A stretch of 64,000 nt of DNA from Tricharina praecox (taxonomy: Eukaryota). The stretch lies in assembly GCF_024521635.1 (NCBI RefSeq), contig NW_026250421.1, positions 682,001 through 746,000 of the forward strand. Reading direction: 5' to 3'. The notes under the pieces are model-generated. The model was given only the letters and a program-made list of their open reading frames with translations. It made no database searches and had not been told where the DNA came from. A program made the position numbers and the translations under genes. Each line of letters opens with the position of its first letter. The stretch's first letter is position 1. Shown piece by piece: positions 62,748 to 64,000 of the stretch.

Positions 62748-63072
62748 CTGGGAACAGCTAGAGGGATTCGGACATAGGTAGATGGTTGTTTGTGAAGGAA
62801 GAGGGGATATTCTGTTCAATGGGATAAGTCAATAAGAATCATGCTCAAACAGACGGAGTAGAAGGCTGTGACAACCGCCACTTCCCACCGTGCCATAACC
62901 TACGAGGAAGGGGGCATCGTGCAGAGGTTTCGGCGTTGACCAGGTATAGGAATATCACGCATAATCACATCGAATGGTAGGTTCCAGCAGGTACAAGTCA
63001 AAAGGAATCGCATTTTACAAAGACATCCACACATCGTTACATTTGCTCTCCTCCACGAAAGCCCAGCCCAGC

Positions 63073-63445
63073 TCAAATCAAGATAACGCCATAATGTAAT
63101 CGTAAAAAAACAACAGAAAAAGGGGATAAGAAGATGTAAACGTAATAAAAGGAAAAAAAAAGAACGAAAAGCAGATCAAAGTACGTCAAGGCCCCCAGGC
63201 CAAACGTAAAAAAACATCGTGAAAGAATAGGAGAAAAAAGGGGGATAAGAAGATGTAAATGTGATAAAGGAAGAAGAAAAAAGGACGAAAAGCAGATCAA
63301 AGTACGTCAAGGCCTCCAGGCCAAACGTAAAAAGGGGGGGTGGTAAGATGAAAATGCAATAAAAGGGGAAAAAAATGACGAAAAGCAGATCAAAGTACGT
63401 CAAGGCCCCCAGGCCAAACGTAAAAAAAAAACATCGTGAAAACAA
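63073..63445. repeat. A-rich tandem array with a conserved ~50-bp core x3 (possible transposon subterminal region)
   Basis: ACGAAAAGCAGATCAAAGTACGTCAAGGCCYCCAGGCCAAACGTAAAAA at 63164, 63285 and 63378, separated by mutually related A-rich spacers. Confidence 0.85.
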
Positions 63446-63848
63446 TAACAGATGCCACAAATCTATCCTAATCGTGTCAACTCCCCCTCCCCCTCCCGGC
63501 CGCCCCCCAAGCATTACATCTCCAGTTTTCCGACCACTCCTAATTCACCGCAAGTGATGATGCAAGTAAGTAATGAAAGTGAAACCCCCCAAACTGACCA
63601 ACGAAAAAGAATAAGAAAAAATGTAGAGTCAAATATGTAGGTGGAGAAAACATCAAGAAAAAAACGGGAGAAAACATCGCGAAAAAAAAGTAGAAAAAAG
63701 TAAAAGAAAACAAGTAGAAAAAAAGTAGAAAAAAGTAAAAAAGAGTAACAAAACAATAGTTCCCATCCATGCAAGTAAAATCAATTCAACATCAGTCGAA
63801 GTCTTCGATTTCGAAGAAAAAAAAAGTAACACCTGGTATAGTTGAAGC

Positions 63849-63998
63849 TTAAGCGGCTCCGTCATCCTCGTCGTCGTCCGAACTCTCAAAGTAATTGATG
63901 GCGGTTGAGCTGCGCTGGCTCTTTCTCCTATTCGGATCCTCGTCTCTCAGACGCACGGCTTCCCTGCCCTTCGATGCACGTTTGAGGTCTTTCTCACG
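63849..63998 (-). CDS. 3' end of an unidentified ORF running off the window edge
   Basis: Open frame REKDLKRASKGREAVRLRDEDPNRRKSQRSSTAINYFESSDDDEDDGAA-stop, with a basic then acidic tail. Confidence 0.35.
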   Translation of the reverse strand, partial: REKDLKRASKGREAVRLRDEDPNRRKSQRSSTAINYFESSDDDEDDGAA

Positions 63999-64000
63999 CT

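Overview
Eukaryotic DNA from a filamentous ascomycete. The evidence is short GT-AG introns with CTAAC/CTGAC branch sites, GC3-rich CDSs and microsatellite-rich intergenic DNA; a Pezizomycetes-like origin is inference only. Supported intact genes: a hypothetical protein, a DHH/DHHA1 (RecJ-like) phosphoesterase, an RRM-like protein, a Gfo/Idh/MocA oxidoreductase, a 1054-aa low-complexity protein, a PTH11-like rhodopsin-domain membrane protein, a GMC/cholesterol-oxidase-like plus alpha/beta-hydrolase fusion, a thiamine-binding ECM15/UPF0045 protein and a small NDUFA4/B12D-like protein. There are three pseudogenes: a partial PTH11-like duplicate, a deuterolysin, and a fungal N-terminal (HeLo-like) domain plus ankyrin gene. 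The most notable non-genic signal is a ~1.67-kb non-coding element present twice in inverted orientation (17981-19650 and 30894-32581). It has LTR-like ends, tandem upstream repeats, a TATA box and a run of conserved, partly covarying RNA hairpins. Beside it is a 1.5-kb non-autonomous TIR element with palindromic CCCTAGGG ends. I recognised no tRNA, rRNA or CRISPR array. All alignments, folds and family calls were made by eye, without database searches.
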